From Candidatus Thorarchaeota archaeon (lineage in GTDB: Archaea > Asgardarchaeota > Thorarchaeia > Thorarchaeales > Thorarchaeaceae): a stretch of DNA of 64,000 nt. Position 1 is the stretch's first letter. Each line of letters starts with the position of its first letter. Below the pieces are notes generated by a model. It saw only the letters and a list, made by a program, of their open reading frames with translations, was not told the origin of the DNA and made no database searches. The position numbers and the translations under genes were made by a program. Shown here in pieces: positions 51,619-61,613 of this stretch. Location: the NCBI GenBank assembly GCA_011364985.1, contig RDOC01000001.1:32001-96000 (forward strand), read 5' to 3'.

Positions 51619-52296
51619 GTGAGAATTGCAGCAGTTTCGGATGTTCATAGTCCAAGATATTTCGCTGAGTTCGAGAGGTCTCTTTCCCTATTAGACACCC
51701 CAGACTTGTTTCTATTGGCGGGGGATATGGTGAATAGAGGATTGATACAAGAATACGACAGAGTAGTAAATGCTCTCGAAGCAAAATTGGAACGAACAGT
51801 GCCTATTGTTTCTTGCTTGGGGAATGAGGAGTACAACGAGGACCGGATGGAACTTGTCGAGCAAACCAGACATATGATTCGGTTTCTGGAGGATGATGCA
51901 ATAGTGCTGGAAGTTGCCGGAAGAGAGATTGGAATTGTAAGTGGCCCAGCTCCGCTAGACCGACGGTCTAAGACTACTGAGTTGGGTGGACGAAGTATTC
52001 GTCAGCGGTTCGAGCAGCGGATCAATCGTCTTTCAAGTCTCATTGAAGAAACGGCAGAAAAGGCTAGCTATACGATTCTGCTAATGCACTATAGTCCTCT
52101 CGCAGAAACAAGCAGTGCAGGTGATGAACTACTCTTTTCATGGTGGATAGCTGAGGCGATGATGACCACTCGACCTGACTTGATTGTTCACGGGCACACC
52201 CACAGCGCTACACATTCAAGAATAGAAATTGAAGGCACACCAATCTACAACGTGGCGATTCCGGCGACTGGCGTGATAACTAGGATTCATTTGTGA
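51619..52296 (+). CDS. Calcineurin-like metallophosphoesterase
   Basis: SDVH, AGD, GNEE, MHY, HGHTH. Confidence 0.9.
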   Translation: MRIAAVSDVHSPRYFAEFERSLSLLDTPDLFLLAGDMVNRGLIQEYDRVVNALEAKLERTVPIVSCLGNEEYNEDRMELVEQTRHMIRFLEDDAIVLEVAGREIGIVSGPAPLDRRSKTTELGGRSIRQRFEQRINRLSSLIEETAEKASYTILLMHYSPLAETSSAGDELLFSWWIAEAMMTTRPDLIVHGHTHSATHSRIEIEGTPIYNVAIPATGVITRIHL

Positions 52297-52362
52297 GAGA
52301 GGAACCTACTTATTCGATTATGAAAGACTGAACCCGAGAACTGACTTGGATGTCGGGAATTC

Positions 52363-54057
52363 CTAGAAGATCTTGGGCTCCTTCCATTCTCCAAATACAT
52401 CTCGCCATACATCGCAAATCTCGCCCACGGATGCGTAGGCCTTCACAGCTTCGACAACGTGGGGCAGCACATTATCATCATTATCAGATGCCTTTCTCAG
52501 CTTGTCAAGAGCTTCGTGAACCTTTGCATTATCGCGATTCTTTCTGGTATGATTGAGACGTTCTACCTGCCTACGCTCCACTTCAGGATCAATCTTGAGA
52601 ACCGGAATGCAGATTTCCTCGCCTTCAAGAACGAAATCATTCACTCCTACAATGATGCGTTTCTTTGACTCAATCTCTTTCTCATATCGATAAGCTGCAT
52701 CAGCAATTTCTTTCTGGAAGAAGCCCTTCTCAATCGCAGGCACCACTCCGCCAAGAGATTTCACTGTATCAAAGTACTTGTAAGCCTCTTCCTCAAGCTC
52801 ATTTGTCAACGCCTCGATGTAGTAGGAACCTGCTAGAGGGTCAATGGTGTTGGCAACGCCGCTCTCATGCTCCAAAACTTGTTGTGTGCGCAAAGCTACT
52901 CGAACAGCATCTTCTGTTGGTAGGCAAAGTGCTTCATCCATTGAGTTAGTATGTAGAGATTGGGTTCCTCCCAAAACAGCCGCTAGAGCTTGATAGGCAG
53001 TTCGAATGACGTTAACAGTGGGTTGTTGAGCTGTCAAAGAACAACCTGCCGTCTGTGTATGGAACCGCATCCAAAGTGATCGATCCTTCTTTGCTCCAAA
53101 GGTTTCCTTCATCTCTCGTGCCCAGATCCGCCGTGCAGCTCTATACTTGGCAACCTCTTCGAAGATGTCATTGTGGGCATTGAAGAAGAAGGATAGCCGA
53201 GAAGCAAACTCATCAACATCCAGACCGTGCTCGATGCCAATTCGTACATACTCCATGCCATTCATCAACGTGAAGGCAAGCTCCTGTGCAGCAGTGGCTC
53301 CAGCCTCACGAATGTGATAGCCACTAATCGAGATGGTGTTCCATCTTGGAATATTCTTTGCACAATATTCCATGATATTGGCGATGATGCGTAGAGAAGG
53401 CTCTGGGCCGAAGATCCAGCTCTTCTGTGCCTGATACTCCTTCAGAATATCATTCTGAATTGTGCCACCAATCTGATGTGAGGAAACGCCCTGTTTCTCA
53501 GCAGCGACCATATACATCGAAAGGAGGATAGATGCTGGAGCATTGATGGTCATTGAGGTCGTAACTCTATCAAGAGGGATTCCATCGAAGAGAATCTCCA
53601 TATCTTTCAAAGTGTCGACGGCAACACCGAGCTTGCCAACCTCCCCAAAGCTTTCTGGATGATCCGAGTCGCGCCCGTAGATGGTAGGCAAATGAAATGC
53701 TACACTGAGACCTGTCTGCCCATTTGCAAGTAGGAACTTGAACCGCTCATTAGTTTCTTCTGCACTACCCATCCCTGCGAATTGACGCATGGTCCATGTC
53801 CGTCCGCGATACATTGAGGGCTGAACACCTCGCGTAAAGGGATACTGGCTAGGAAATCCTAGGTCATTCATGTAGTTGAAATTGGGAAAGTCAAGGGGAG
53901 TATAAATCCGGCGCACTAGACGGCTCGATGTGCTGACGAACTCTTCCTTTTGCTCAGGATGCTTGTCCGTATGAGGCTTCAACACCTCTTTCTCCCATTT
54001 TTCCTTGGCAGCTTTCATCTCAGCAAGATTCGGATTATCTGTTTGCTCGTTTCCCAT
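52363..54057 (-). CDS. Second acyl-CoA mutase large subunit, isobutyryl-CoA-mutase-type specificity residues
   Basis: WTMRQFAG (Phe) and [14 protein letters not shown] (Gln) in place of the Tyr/Arg of methylmalonyl-CoA mutase. Confidence 0.88.
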   Translation of the reverse strand: MGNEQTDNPNLAEMKAAKEKWEKEVLKPHTDKHPEQKEEFVSTSSRLVRRIYTPLDFPNFNYMNDLGFPSQYPFTRGVQPSMYRGRTWTMRQFAGMGSAEETNERFKFLLANGQTGLSVAFHLPTIYGRDSDHPESFGEVGKLGVAVDTLKDMEILFDGIPLDRVTTSMTINAPASILLSMYMVAAEKQGVSSHQIGGTIQNDILKEYQAQKSWIFGPEPSLRIIANIMEYCAKNIPRWNTISISGYHIREAGATAAQELAFTLMNGMEYVRIGIEHGLDVDEFASRLSFFFNAHNDIFEEVAKYRAARRIWAREMKETFGAKKDRSLWMRFHTQTAGCSLTAQQPTVNVIRTAYQALAAVLGGTQSLHTNSMDEALCLPTEDAVRVALRTQQVLEHESGVANTIDPLAGSYYIEALTNELEEEAYKYFDTVKSLGGVVPAIEKGFFQKEIADAAYRYEKEIESKKRIIVGVNDFVLEGEEICIPVLKIDPEVERRQVERLNHTRKNRDNAKVHEALDKLRKASDNDDNVLPHVVEAVKAYASVGEICDVWRDVFGEWKEPKIF

Positions 54058-54187
54058 GGAGTCTCCTTCCTTCTGAGTCAAATCAGTCTGATTCAGGTCA
54101 TGATATTAACTGTTCGATTGTCAACTATCATGCATTCTAGGCAGCTTTATCTAAGGCAGGTCAGTACGGACGCAGAGGTTATCCGTG

Positions 54188-54589
54188 ATGACTAAGTTGG
54201 ATGAAATCGCAAAAACGCTCGATGAGATTGGAATCATCTATTCACATGAAAAGAGTGGGCTCTTGATGGTATGGGATACTGAGCGATTTGACGACCTCAA
54301 GATTCTGATTCTCACTAGTCCTGATGAGAATTGGTTGTTCATCACGGCGCTGTTCACCAGTTTCAGCAATATTCCAGACGAGCAGAGATGTCAGCTGATG
54401 CATGATATGCTGACTGCATCATGGAAGGTAAATGGAGTGAAGTTTGTCATAACAGCTGACGACTATCTAGCCGTCACTGCCGAAACAAATGACACTGATC
54501 TCACTGGAGACGAACTCAAAACACTAATTGATAACACTGTTGGAGCTTGCGACGTCCTAGCAGGATTCTGTCCGGGATACGGTGTCTAA
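54188..54589 (+). CDS. YbjN-like (type III chaperone fold) protein
   Basis: Acidic 133-aa protein; LMHDMLTASW..NGVKF.I..D pattern. Confidence 0.6.
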   Translation: MTKLDEIAKTLDEIGIIYSHEKSGLLMVWDTERFDDLKILILTSPDENWLFITALFTSFSNIPDEQRCQLMHDMLTASWKVNGVKFVITADDYLAVTAETNDTDLTGDELKTLIDNTVGACDVLAGFCPGYGV

Positions 54590-54640
54590 TCACCATGAGC
54601 ACGGTTCCATAAGCACTGGGCGCACTTCTTTCTTTCAAAA

Positions 54641-55204
54641 TCAGAATTCAAACCCTCTTCTGGCAAGCACGTCTTTCTCTTCAAAGTAATGCTTGACTTC
54701 TTTCATCTCAGTGACTAGATCTGCCTTCTCAATGACCTCTGGACGAGCGTAACGACCAGTCATAATCAGCTCAACATTCTTCGGCTTTAGCTCAATTAGC
54801 TCCAATTGGGCATCTAAAGAGATGAGATTCCATTCGACAGCAACATTGAGCTCGTCTAGGATTAATACATCATACTGACCACTCTCTAACGCATCTCTTG
54901 CCTTGGATAAGCCATCCTGAGCCATTTCTATGTCAATCGGATCTGGATTATTTTTGTCTACGAAGGTTTCTCGTCCAACGGGAAGAATTGAGAAGTTGGG
55001 AATACTACTCACACTCTTGAACTCGCCGTAATTAATGCTTGACTCGCCAGACCGAGTGGCCACTCTTGCCTTCATGAAGCAAATCATCAAGACTTTGAAT
55101 CCATGTCCGGCAGCCCGCAACCCAGCGCCTAGTGCACAGGTGGTCTTCCCCTTGCCATTTCCTGTGTATATCTGGACCAGTCCAGGGCCAGAATAGTCGA
55201 TCAT
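54641..55204 (-). CDS. cobO: Cob(I)alamin adenosyltransferase (CobA/CobO/BtuR type)
   Basis: YTGNGKGKTT, ILDE, MTGR, ADLVTEM..VKH, RRGFEF. Confidence 0.93.
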   Translation of the reverse strand: MIDYSGPGLVQIYTGNGKGKTTCALGAGLRAAGHGFKVLMICFMKARVATRSGESSINYGEFKSVSSIPNFSILPVGRETFVDKNNPDPIDIEMAQDGLSKARDALESGQYDVLILDELNVAVEWNLISLDAQLELIELKPKNVELIMTGRYARPEVIEKADLVTEMKEVKHYFEEKDVLARRGFEF

Positions 55205-55845
55205 TTCTGCGCCTCAGCTCCTATTTTCTTGACAAGCTCTGCAATTCGACGACCCAATATCCTACTGGCCTCAATTGCCAATTGGTCATCTCTAGCTTGA
55301 CGCCAATTGCCTTCATCAGTTTGCATACTCCCTGAACCAAAGGTGCCATGCATGACGGGACTACCCACAGACCCTACAACAATCATACCTTGACCCAAGG
55401 CATATCTGTTGAGCATATCAACAACATGCTCTTGTCCGCCGTATCTTAGTCCAGCATAGGTAATTACACCAAAGAGCTTGTCCTTCAATTGATGGTCAAG
55501 CATTTTGACTGTGCGCGTTCGATCAAGAAAGTCCTTCAAGATGCCAGGAACTGATGTGAAGTATGAAGGTGCTGCAATGATTATCGCATTGGCTTGGAGA
55601 AGGGCCATCTCTAACTCGGGCATATCATCGTGAGAGCTTTCGGGGCAGGGGTGCTTTCTCACGCATGCATCACAGCCCGTACAGCGCCGTATCTCATAAT
55701 TGCTGAGCTCCAAAAGCATTACCGAGTTTTCGGTTTCCTTTCCATCAGATAGGACTTCTGATGCTGCATTGAGAGCCTCCTGGAGGAGGAATTTGCAGTT
55801 TGACTTCTCTTTCTTTGGCGAACCGCTGATACCAACAATTAGCAT
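55201..55845 (-). CDS. Iron-sulfur flavoprotein (Isf / flavodoxin-fold FMN reductase)
   Basis: ISGSP, CTGCDACVRKHPC, APSYF, LKDFLDR, GGQE. Confidence 0.9.
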   Translation of the reverse strand: MLIVGISGSPKKEKSNCKFLLQEALNAASEVLSDGKETENSVMLLELSNYEIRRCTGCDACVRKHPCPESSHDDMPELEMALLQANAIIIAAPSYFTSVPGILKDFLDRTRTVKMLDHQLKDKLFGVITYAGLRYGGQEHVVDMLNRYALGQGMIVVGSVGSPVMHGTFGSGSMQTDEGNWRQARDDQLAIEASRILGRRIAELVKKIGAEAQK

Positions 55846-55889
55846 TGATTTTCACTGCAATCTGATGTATCTGCTCCCGGATTTAGAGG

Positions 55890-56633
55890 TTATGACACCT
55901 TGACCAAAGTAGACACTTCGTGTGCAATTTCATCCACTGCCTTCACCGCAGGAAATCTCCCTGTATCAGGATAAGAAGCGGCGACGATGCATAGAGACTG
56001 AACGCGAAGCAGCTGTACCTCATGGCCCTGAATTTCGATAGAGGTGGGGACAAGGTCTCTTGATGGAGCAATTGCATCATCTGAAAGCTCGTTCTTAATG
56101 GAGAGGACATGGTTTTCAGGAATGTTGCCAACAAGCATGCTACCCCTCGCATCTATGATACCCGCATAGGCAACATCGTGTCTTTCAAGTACGGAATCAA
56201 TGAGCTCGGCGAATATCTTCAATTCCTTCTTGGAAGGCGCACCCAAGTCCCAATTCACATACCTATCGACAAGCGCATTAATGTCTTCGAAATCGCTAAT
56301 GCTGCCGCTCCATGAATTGATGATATCTCCATAAGAGCTGGATATTTCCTTGCCTAGAGAAAGGAACATCTTCTTAGTAGTCGAAAAGTTGTCTTCTGCT
56401 TTCCCAAGAAAGACAAAGACGAAGGCATCGAAAAATAGGAAACCCCAGAGCAAGCCATCTTGTTCAAGAGTATAGATTCTGTCTCGAGAGGTGCTCGAAC
56501 TGGATTGATAAAGTGTAGCACAGGCCTTGACATGTGCGGGAATGGCACTTATTCTGGTAGGGGGAGAGGTTTCGTAGGACCTTCCGTAGACAGTATCGCC
56601 ATTGCTTTTCACAAGATGAATCTGAAGAATCAT
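55890..56633 (-). CDS. Longin + roadblock/LC7 domain fusion protein (eukaryotic-signature-like)
   Basis: N-terminal MILQIHLVKSNGDTVYGRSY...SWSGSISDFEDINALVD (longin pattern); C-terminal VAYAGIIDARGSMLVG...LCIVAA...AVDEIAHEV (roadblock pattern). Confidence 0.65.
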   Translation of the reverse strand: MILQIHLVKSNGDTVYGRSYETSPPTRISAIPAHVKACATLYQSSSSTSRDRIYTLEQDGLLWGFLFFDAFVFVFLGKAEDNFSTTKKMFLSLGKEISSSYGDIINSWSGSISDFEDINALVDRYVNWDLGAPSKKELKIFAELIDSVLERHDVAYAGIIDARGSMLVGNIPENHVLSIKNELSDDAIAPSRDLVPTSIEIQGHEVQLLRVQSLCIVAASYPDTGRFPAVKAVDEIAHEVSTLVKVS

Positions 56634-56781
56634 TTTCTCTACCCGACATGCAGTGGAATAAAGGCGCTAGGCCCAAGTCATAAGCCTTACTTGTAGATAA
56701 TCCGAGGGAAAATCAATGATTTCCTGACATAGGCAAATGAACTTTTATGAGAGAATAGGTATTCAAAACTCAAGGTGCGGC

Positions 56782-57093
56782 ATGGTGTCAAAGAAGAAGA
56801 AAATTGAACGAATTAAACGTACTCGTTACGATATTTTTGCAGAGATCATTCGTGTCATCTACATATACGGATACTGTCCACTCACCAGAGCCGCCCGTTC
56901 CACAAACATGCCTGTAGATAGGGCGAAGGAAACCATCGCGGAACTCTGTGAGAGGGGTCTTCTGGAGGAAGACGATGAAGATGGTCAGAGAGTGTATAGT
57001 GTGACTGTCAGGGGTCACCAGTATTTGGAACTCTACAAAAGAATGGCAGGGCTTGTAGGTATTCCAATACCCGAACCAATCATAGGGATGTGA
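56782..57093 (+). CDS. Archaeal winged-helix regulator (HTH_45-like)
   Basis: KRTRYDIFAEII...LTRAARSTNM...L.ERGLL...YSVTVRG..YL. Confidence 0.85.
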   Translation: MVSKKKKIERIKRTRYDIFAEIIRVIYIYGYCPLTRAARSTNMPVDRAKETIAELCERGLLEEDDEDGQRVYSVTVRGHQYLELYKRMAGLVGIPIPEPIIGM

Positions 57094-57128
57094 CTACCGA
57101 TGACCCATATCCACGATGCATACCTAAG

Positions 57129-57169
57129 GTCACATCTTGTGACTACATATCGTGACTCCGCTTTAAATA
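57129..57169 (+). promoter_or_regulatory. Palindrome GTCACA-N3-TGTGAC plus a second GTGAC half-site upstream of TATA TTTAAATA
   Basis: 57129-57143 inverted repeat, GTGAC at 57152-57156, TATA at 57162-57169. Confidence 0.55.
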
Positions 57170-57219
57170 TGGAATTTGAGAATTCTAACATGGAAGTAGA
57201 CAATTAAGGTGAGTAAGAA

Positions 57220-58458
57220 ATGGCAGAATCTCACAAATTCAAGAACCAGGAAATAGTTGAAGTAGGCACAATTGAAGGAGACCTTGTTCTCAATAGATGC
57301 AGATCGATTGTTCCTAAGGAAGGAAACGAAATAGTTGTAACCCGTCAGGTTGAGGTCAAGGGTGACACAGTTTTTGAAGGGTCATTGAGGGCCCAGTCGC
57401 TCTCGGCAAATGGCAATTCTATAAGAATTAGAGGAAACCTAAGTGTAGAGTCCCTTGCTGAAAATCGCAGAGGTGGTCTCACAGTCGAAGGAAATGCAAA
57501 AGGCCAAGGATTTAGAGCAGGAAGCACACTCAGCATTGGAGAGAACTTGGAGTGCAGCTCTGCAAGTGGAGGTGCTTCCGTTAGAGTGGGAGGAAATGCC
57601 AAGGTGCTTAAAATGAGTGGCGGTGGCTCTGTAAAGGTGGAGGGCGACGCCGAGATTGATAGAGTTTCCGGAGGAGGGTCGGTCAAGATTGAAGGAAAAT
57701 GCGATATTGGAGAGTTAAGCGCCGGCGGATCCGGAAAGATAACCAAGGGGAAAATTGGGAAGATCAGTGTTGGCGGCAGCTTCAAATCAGAGGACGCAGT
57801 CGAAGCAGAAGAGATTAACGTAGGCGGCTCTGTTGCTCTTGGAGCAGGTTCCAAGATAGGGTCCATTGATGTGGGAGGCACACTTCGCACCGAGGGGGAC
57901 TTGACTTTCGACGACATAGACGTTGGCGGGAAGGTTGACATAGATGGAGCAGCTCATGGTGCCACTGTCGATGTTGGAGGGAAATTCATTACCAGCGGCC
58001 CACTAACATTGACTGGGGATCTTGAAGTTGGTGGTAAGATTGACATCGGCGGTAATCTGAAATGCGACAGGAAAATCAAGGTCGGCGGTACTGCTACCGT
58101 TAATGGTCGGATTGACACTTTCCGCATCATTGTTGGTGCGCAGATTGATGCAGATTATGTTAGGGCTGAGGATGGATTCAGACTAGGACGCAGGGCAGAA
58201 GTCACCTGCAACGTAGAATCCCCCGAGATTCTCATCAGAGAGAGAGCTCGCACAAGATCGCTCTACGGTGATGATATCAGAATAGAAGAAAGGGCGAGAG
58301 TAGGAAGTGTCTACGGACGCAAGGTCTACATTGAGCGAGAGGCTATTATCGAAGGTGAGATTCTCTATACCGAATCACTTGATGCAGAAAGCGATGTCCG
58401 CTTCAGAGAGGAACCAAGAAAAGTGGATTCGTTGCCACCGCCAGAACAAATGCAATAG
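57220..58458 (+). CDS. Long bactofilin-like (polymer-forming cytoskeletal) beta-helix protein
   Basis: About 17-aa repeats with (V/A/G)GG..(V/I).(V/I).G; C-terminal GDDIRIE...VYG..V.I...EILY like YhbE/YhbF-type bactofilins; no signal peptide or TM. Confidence 0.75.
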   Translation: MAESHKFKNQEIVEVGTIEGDLVLNRCRSIVPKEGNEIVVTRQVEVKGDTVFEGSLRAQSLSANGNSIRIRGNLSVESLAENRRGGLTVEGNAKGQGFRAGSTLSIGENLECSSASGGASVRVGGNAKVLKMSGGGSVKVEGDAEIDRVSGGGSVKIEGKCDIGELSAGGSGKITKGKIGKISVGGSFKSEDAVEAEEINVGGSVALGAGSKIGSIDVGGTLRTEGDLTFDDIDVGGKVDIDGAAHGATVDVGGKFITSGPLTLTGDLEVGGKIDIGGNLKCDRKIKVGGTATVNGRIDTFRIIVGAQIDADYVRAEDGFRLGRRAEVTCNVESPEILIRERARTRSLYGDDIRIEERARVGSVYGRKVYIEREAIIEGEILYTESLDAESDVRFREEPRKVDSLPPPEQMQ

Positions 58459-58530
58459 TTGGCTATTGTCTATCCAAAGTAGATTGACACCGCCTTTCTT
58501 GTAGCTACTCTTCAGGCGCGTTCACTGAAG

Positions 58531-60270
58531 CTAAAGGGAGATTGCAGTGGCATCAAGAATGGACTTCCGTTCAAAAGGAAGCCTATAGCGTTCTGGCACA
58601 GAGTAGTTGCAAAATGAGTGAGAGTACCAAGAATTCATCAAAGGTTCCAGTTCCTTTTCCATTCGATTCCAATCAGACTCATCCAAAACTGGATGAATAG
58701 TGCTCACGTGACCATAGGGCGTTGTTAATACCTTCCCTTTCTGTGCCACCTTTTGACCACCCAGATAGGTCTGATAAGTTCTTTCAAAAAGGCGGATAAT
58801 TCGATTTGGCTTCTTGGATAGGTCAGTATCTTCTGTCTTTGAATCAAGAATAGCTATGTCAGCATCAGCACCAATTCCTAGATGACCTTTCATGCTAAAT
58901 CCTAGAATCCTTGCGGGTGCAGCACGTGTTGTTATTGCAACCTCATAGAGATCCCACTCGCGATCTAGCTCGGAAATGATAGATCTCTCAAGGACAAGAG
59001 GATGAAGCCGCCTTATCCATGCCTCTCGTTGTTTCTTGCTCATGAGCCAAGATATCACAAGAGGGTATTTGCTGAATGGCCCTCCATTGGGACTATCAGT
59101 AGATATGGCGCACCGCCAGAGGTCATCTATACTCAGAGCAAACTCCAATGCGATGGCCCACTGAACCGAGTTGGCAGGAGAACTTGGCCGATACTCATAG
59201 GGGACTATCCCTCCTCCGCCCGGTAATTCCACATCGACCGTTGAACTGGCCCACTTTCCTCGTGTCATCTTGTAGAGACTGAATTGGAAGGGTCCATCAG
59301 CAGTCATTGTCATTGCTGGACCCATTGTAATTTGACCCAGGTCGACAGTGAAATGCTCATTCTTGTTGTAGTATTCAGCCAGCTGGCATCCTCCAGATTG
59401 TACATCGTTCCATACTGGGCTTCCATTGTCAACCATGCCCAAGCTCTCGAAAGACATGTGAGGCAAATGCACAATCTGTTTCCGACCTGCGTGACCCCTA
59501 ATGTCCCTCAAAGCCTCTAGCTGGACCAGGGTTGTTTCTATATTTCCAACACAACCCAAGTTGTTGGGATGAAGATGGAGAGTATGAGGAAGCCCTAACA
59601 ACTCAACGGCTTTGCATAGCATTCGTGTGATTTCCCGCGGTGTGATTTCCCAATCGGGAACCTCCATATCAAGCGTTCGAATGTTTCTTCGATGAGCCCA
59701 TGCGTATGTTCCTCCTGGATTTACCGCTTTAACTCCAAAACCACCCACAGCTCTAAGCACCCAGGCCAAGTATCCTGCAAGACCATTTAGATCGTCGTCG
59801 CGTACATAATGGAACGTCAGCATGGAGTTGCCAAACATGGGCATAAGTCCGGTATTAAGGTTGGAGAGGTTTGATAGCTCTTCCCAGCATGCCAGAGCTT
59901 TGAGAGCTTGCATAGCTGGCTCAATCACAGTGGTATATCCCATTGACGAGTATCTATAACCAATCACATATGAGGAAGGAACTGTATAACCAACTCCAGA
60001 GCGCGTCGACTTCGTTCTCGGAACTGGATCAAGACGATGGTAATCAGGCGAGATTGCACGAGCCAATGACATCTTGCTTCCTACGATGTGAGAATGAAGG
60101 TCGACTCCTCCTGGAAGTACTATTCGACCCTTCAGATCAATAGACTTGGCGCCTGCGCCTTCCTTTTCAACAATCCTGCCGTCAGATATGCAAAGATCCA
60201 TTTTCTCTCCGTTGATTCCATTGGCTGGATCAAAGACAAGTCCGTTTCTGAGAACGATTCCATCACTCAT
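58531..60270 (-). CDS. fwdA: Formylmethanofuran dehydrogenase subunit A
   Basis: PGGVDLHSH, MGYT, GVKAVNPGG, HLHPNNLG, TMTADGP, STDSPNGGPF, GADADIA. Confidence 0.93.
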   Translation of the reverse strand: MSDGIVLRNGLVFDPANGINGEKMDLCISDGRIVEKEGAGAKSIDLKGRIVLPGGVDLHSHIVGSKMSLARAISPDYHRLDPVPRTKSTRSGVGYTVPSSYVIGYRYSSMGYTTVIEPAMQALKALACWEELSNLSNLNTGLMPMFGNSMLTFHYVRDDDLNGLAGYLAWVLRAVGGFGVKAVNPGGTYAWAHRRNIRTLDMEVPDWEITPREITRMLCKAVELLGLPHTLHLHPNNLGCVGNIETTLVQLEALRDIRGHAGRKQIVHLPHMSFESLGMVDNGSPVWNDVQSGGCQLAEYYNKNEHFTVDLGQITMGPAMTMTADGPFQFSLYKMTRGKWASSTVDVELPGGGGIVPYEYRPSSPANSVQWAIALEFALSIDDLWRCAISTDSPNGGPFSKYPLVISWLMSKKQREAWIRRLHPLVLERSIISELDREWDLYEVAITTRAAPARILGFSMKGHLGIGADADIAILDSKTEDTDLSKKPNRIIRLFERTYQTYLGGQKVAQKGKVLTTPYGHVSTIHPVLDESDWNRMEKELEPLMNSWYSHSFCNYSVPERYRLPFERKSILDATAISL

Positions 60271-61613
60271 CTTTTGGTCACCATGCGAAGCCGCGCAATT
60301 ATCAGTTTCAAGACATCCCTATCAGGAATTATTCCTTCAGGAGGTTCGACAATTTTCCGAAGATATAGAGGAAGGCCATCCATTCTAACTGCAGCGCCGT
60401 CGCACTCAATCCCGGCAATTGCGGTGGGAATGTTGACCTCAGCGATTAATGAAGTGACATTCCTCTTTGGATCCAAGTTGATTATAGGAATCCGCTTCAA
60501 ATGTTCAAGAGCATCTCGTGGAAAGTGAGCGACGGGGTCCGCGGCTACATTGAGGAGAACATCGGTCTCTCTCCGACGAATGAGATCAACGGCAGAATAT
60601 TCACCAGGTTGATATCGAGGGTAGCCTCTGGAATAGTCCACAGCAAAAGGGTAGCCAGTCTGCCATGTTGAAGTCTCATTGGCACCTGCAACATTGAAAT
60701 GCCCACGCATTGGAATCATAACCCACTTGGTGAAAGAGTTCAAGTCTTGAATCAGGCGTATTGCGGCATCCACGTTTCTATGCTGCCCCTTGGATTGTGT
60801 AAGACCTAGTCCATAGAAGAAAACGCCATAGCGTACCGATTTCATTGCTTCAGAGATCTTCGCCAAATCTTCTATTGCCAATCCTCCAACACGATCAATA
60901 TCCATTTCGTGGCCACGGACAAGTGCTCGAATAACACTGATTACCTCTAAATCTGTGCCGGGCTCAATCTGAAAGAACTCATCTGCAATTCGCGATGTGG
61001 CAGTGCTTCTCACGTCGAAGACCCATATCTTGCGGTCCTTCTTAGGATTCTGCATGTATTCGCCCGGTTGTCGGATGTATCTGCTGATATGGCGAGGATG
61101 TGCAAATTGTGGATTCGATCCCCAATACACAACCAAGTCTGCACGATGTCTAACTTCCGCAAGAGATCCCAGTGGATCTCCAGACTCTTGCGAACCAATC
61201 ATAGAAGTGCCGTGGCAGACGGACGAGGTATTATCCACAACACCGCCAAGTAGTTCGGCAAGATAATAGGCTTCTTGATGGGTATCATTCTCAGTCGAAC
61301 TCAACCCATAGATCAATGGGCGCCTTGCTGAAGTGAGAGCTTCAGCAGCATGTGCTACTGCCTTCTCAAGGGATACTTCTACCAGAATCCCATTAATCCT
61401 AACAGCTGGACCAAGAAGCCTGTCTTCTAAATGATTCAGGAATTTCGACTTGCTCAAGGAACACCCATTGATATTCTTCACTATTCTGTTATTCTCTACT
61501 TCAAGTGCTATATCATCGCACAAGCAGCCACAAAAAACACAAGGCACATTTTTAACAGTCTTTTTGGAAGAGATGCTAAATCCCTCCCTCGGATAGATGC
61601 AGCAAATCATCAA
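60267..61613 (-). CDS. fwdB: Formylmethanofuran dehydrogenase subunit B (Cys-ligated Mo/W)
   Basis: CVFCGCLCDD, DNTSSVCHG, WGSNPQFAHPRH, PMRGHFNVAG, WQTGYPFAVD. Confidence 0.95.
   Translation of the reverse strand: MMICCIYPREGFSISSKKTVKNVPCVFCGCLCDDIALEVENNRIVKNINGCSLSKSKFLNHLEDRLLGPAVRINGILVEVSLEKAVAHAAEALTSARRPLIYGLSSTENDTHQEAYYLAELLGGVVDNTSSVCHGTSMIGSQESGDPLGSLAEVRHRADLVVYWGSNPQFAHPRHISRYIRQPGEYMQNPKKDRKIWVFDVRSTATSRIADEFFQIEPGTDLEVISVIRALVRGHEMDIDRVGGLAIEDLAKISEAMKSVRYGVFFYGLGLTQSKGQHRNVDAAIRLIQDLNSFTKWVMIPMRGHFNVAGANETSTWQTGYPFAVDYSRGYPRYQPGEYSAVDLIRRRETDVLLNVAADPVAHFPRDALEHLKRIPIINLDPKRNVTSLIAEVNIPTAIAGIECDGAAVRMDGLPLYLRKIVEPPEGIIPDRDVLKLIIARLRMVTKR

Noticed and set aside
57220-58458. 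Beta-helix gene as the missing fwdC
   Set aside because: Opposite strand with its own promoter; the repeats are VGG bactofilin-type rather than the GxxMxxG repeats of FwdC
60267-61613. Selenocysteine form of FwdB
   Set aside because: The metal-ligand codon is Cys (SVCHG) and the ORF is uninterrupted
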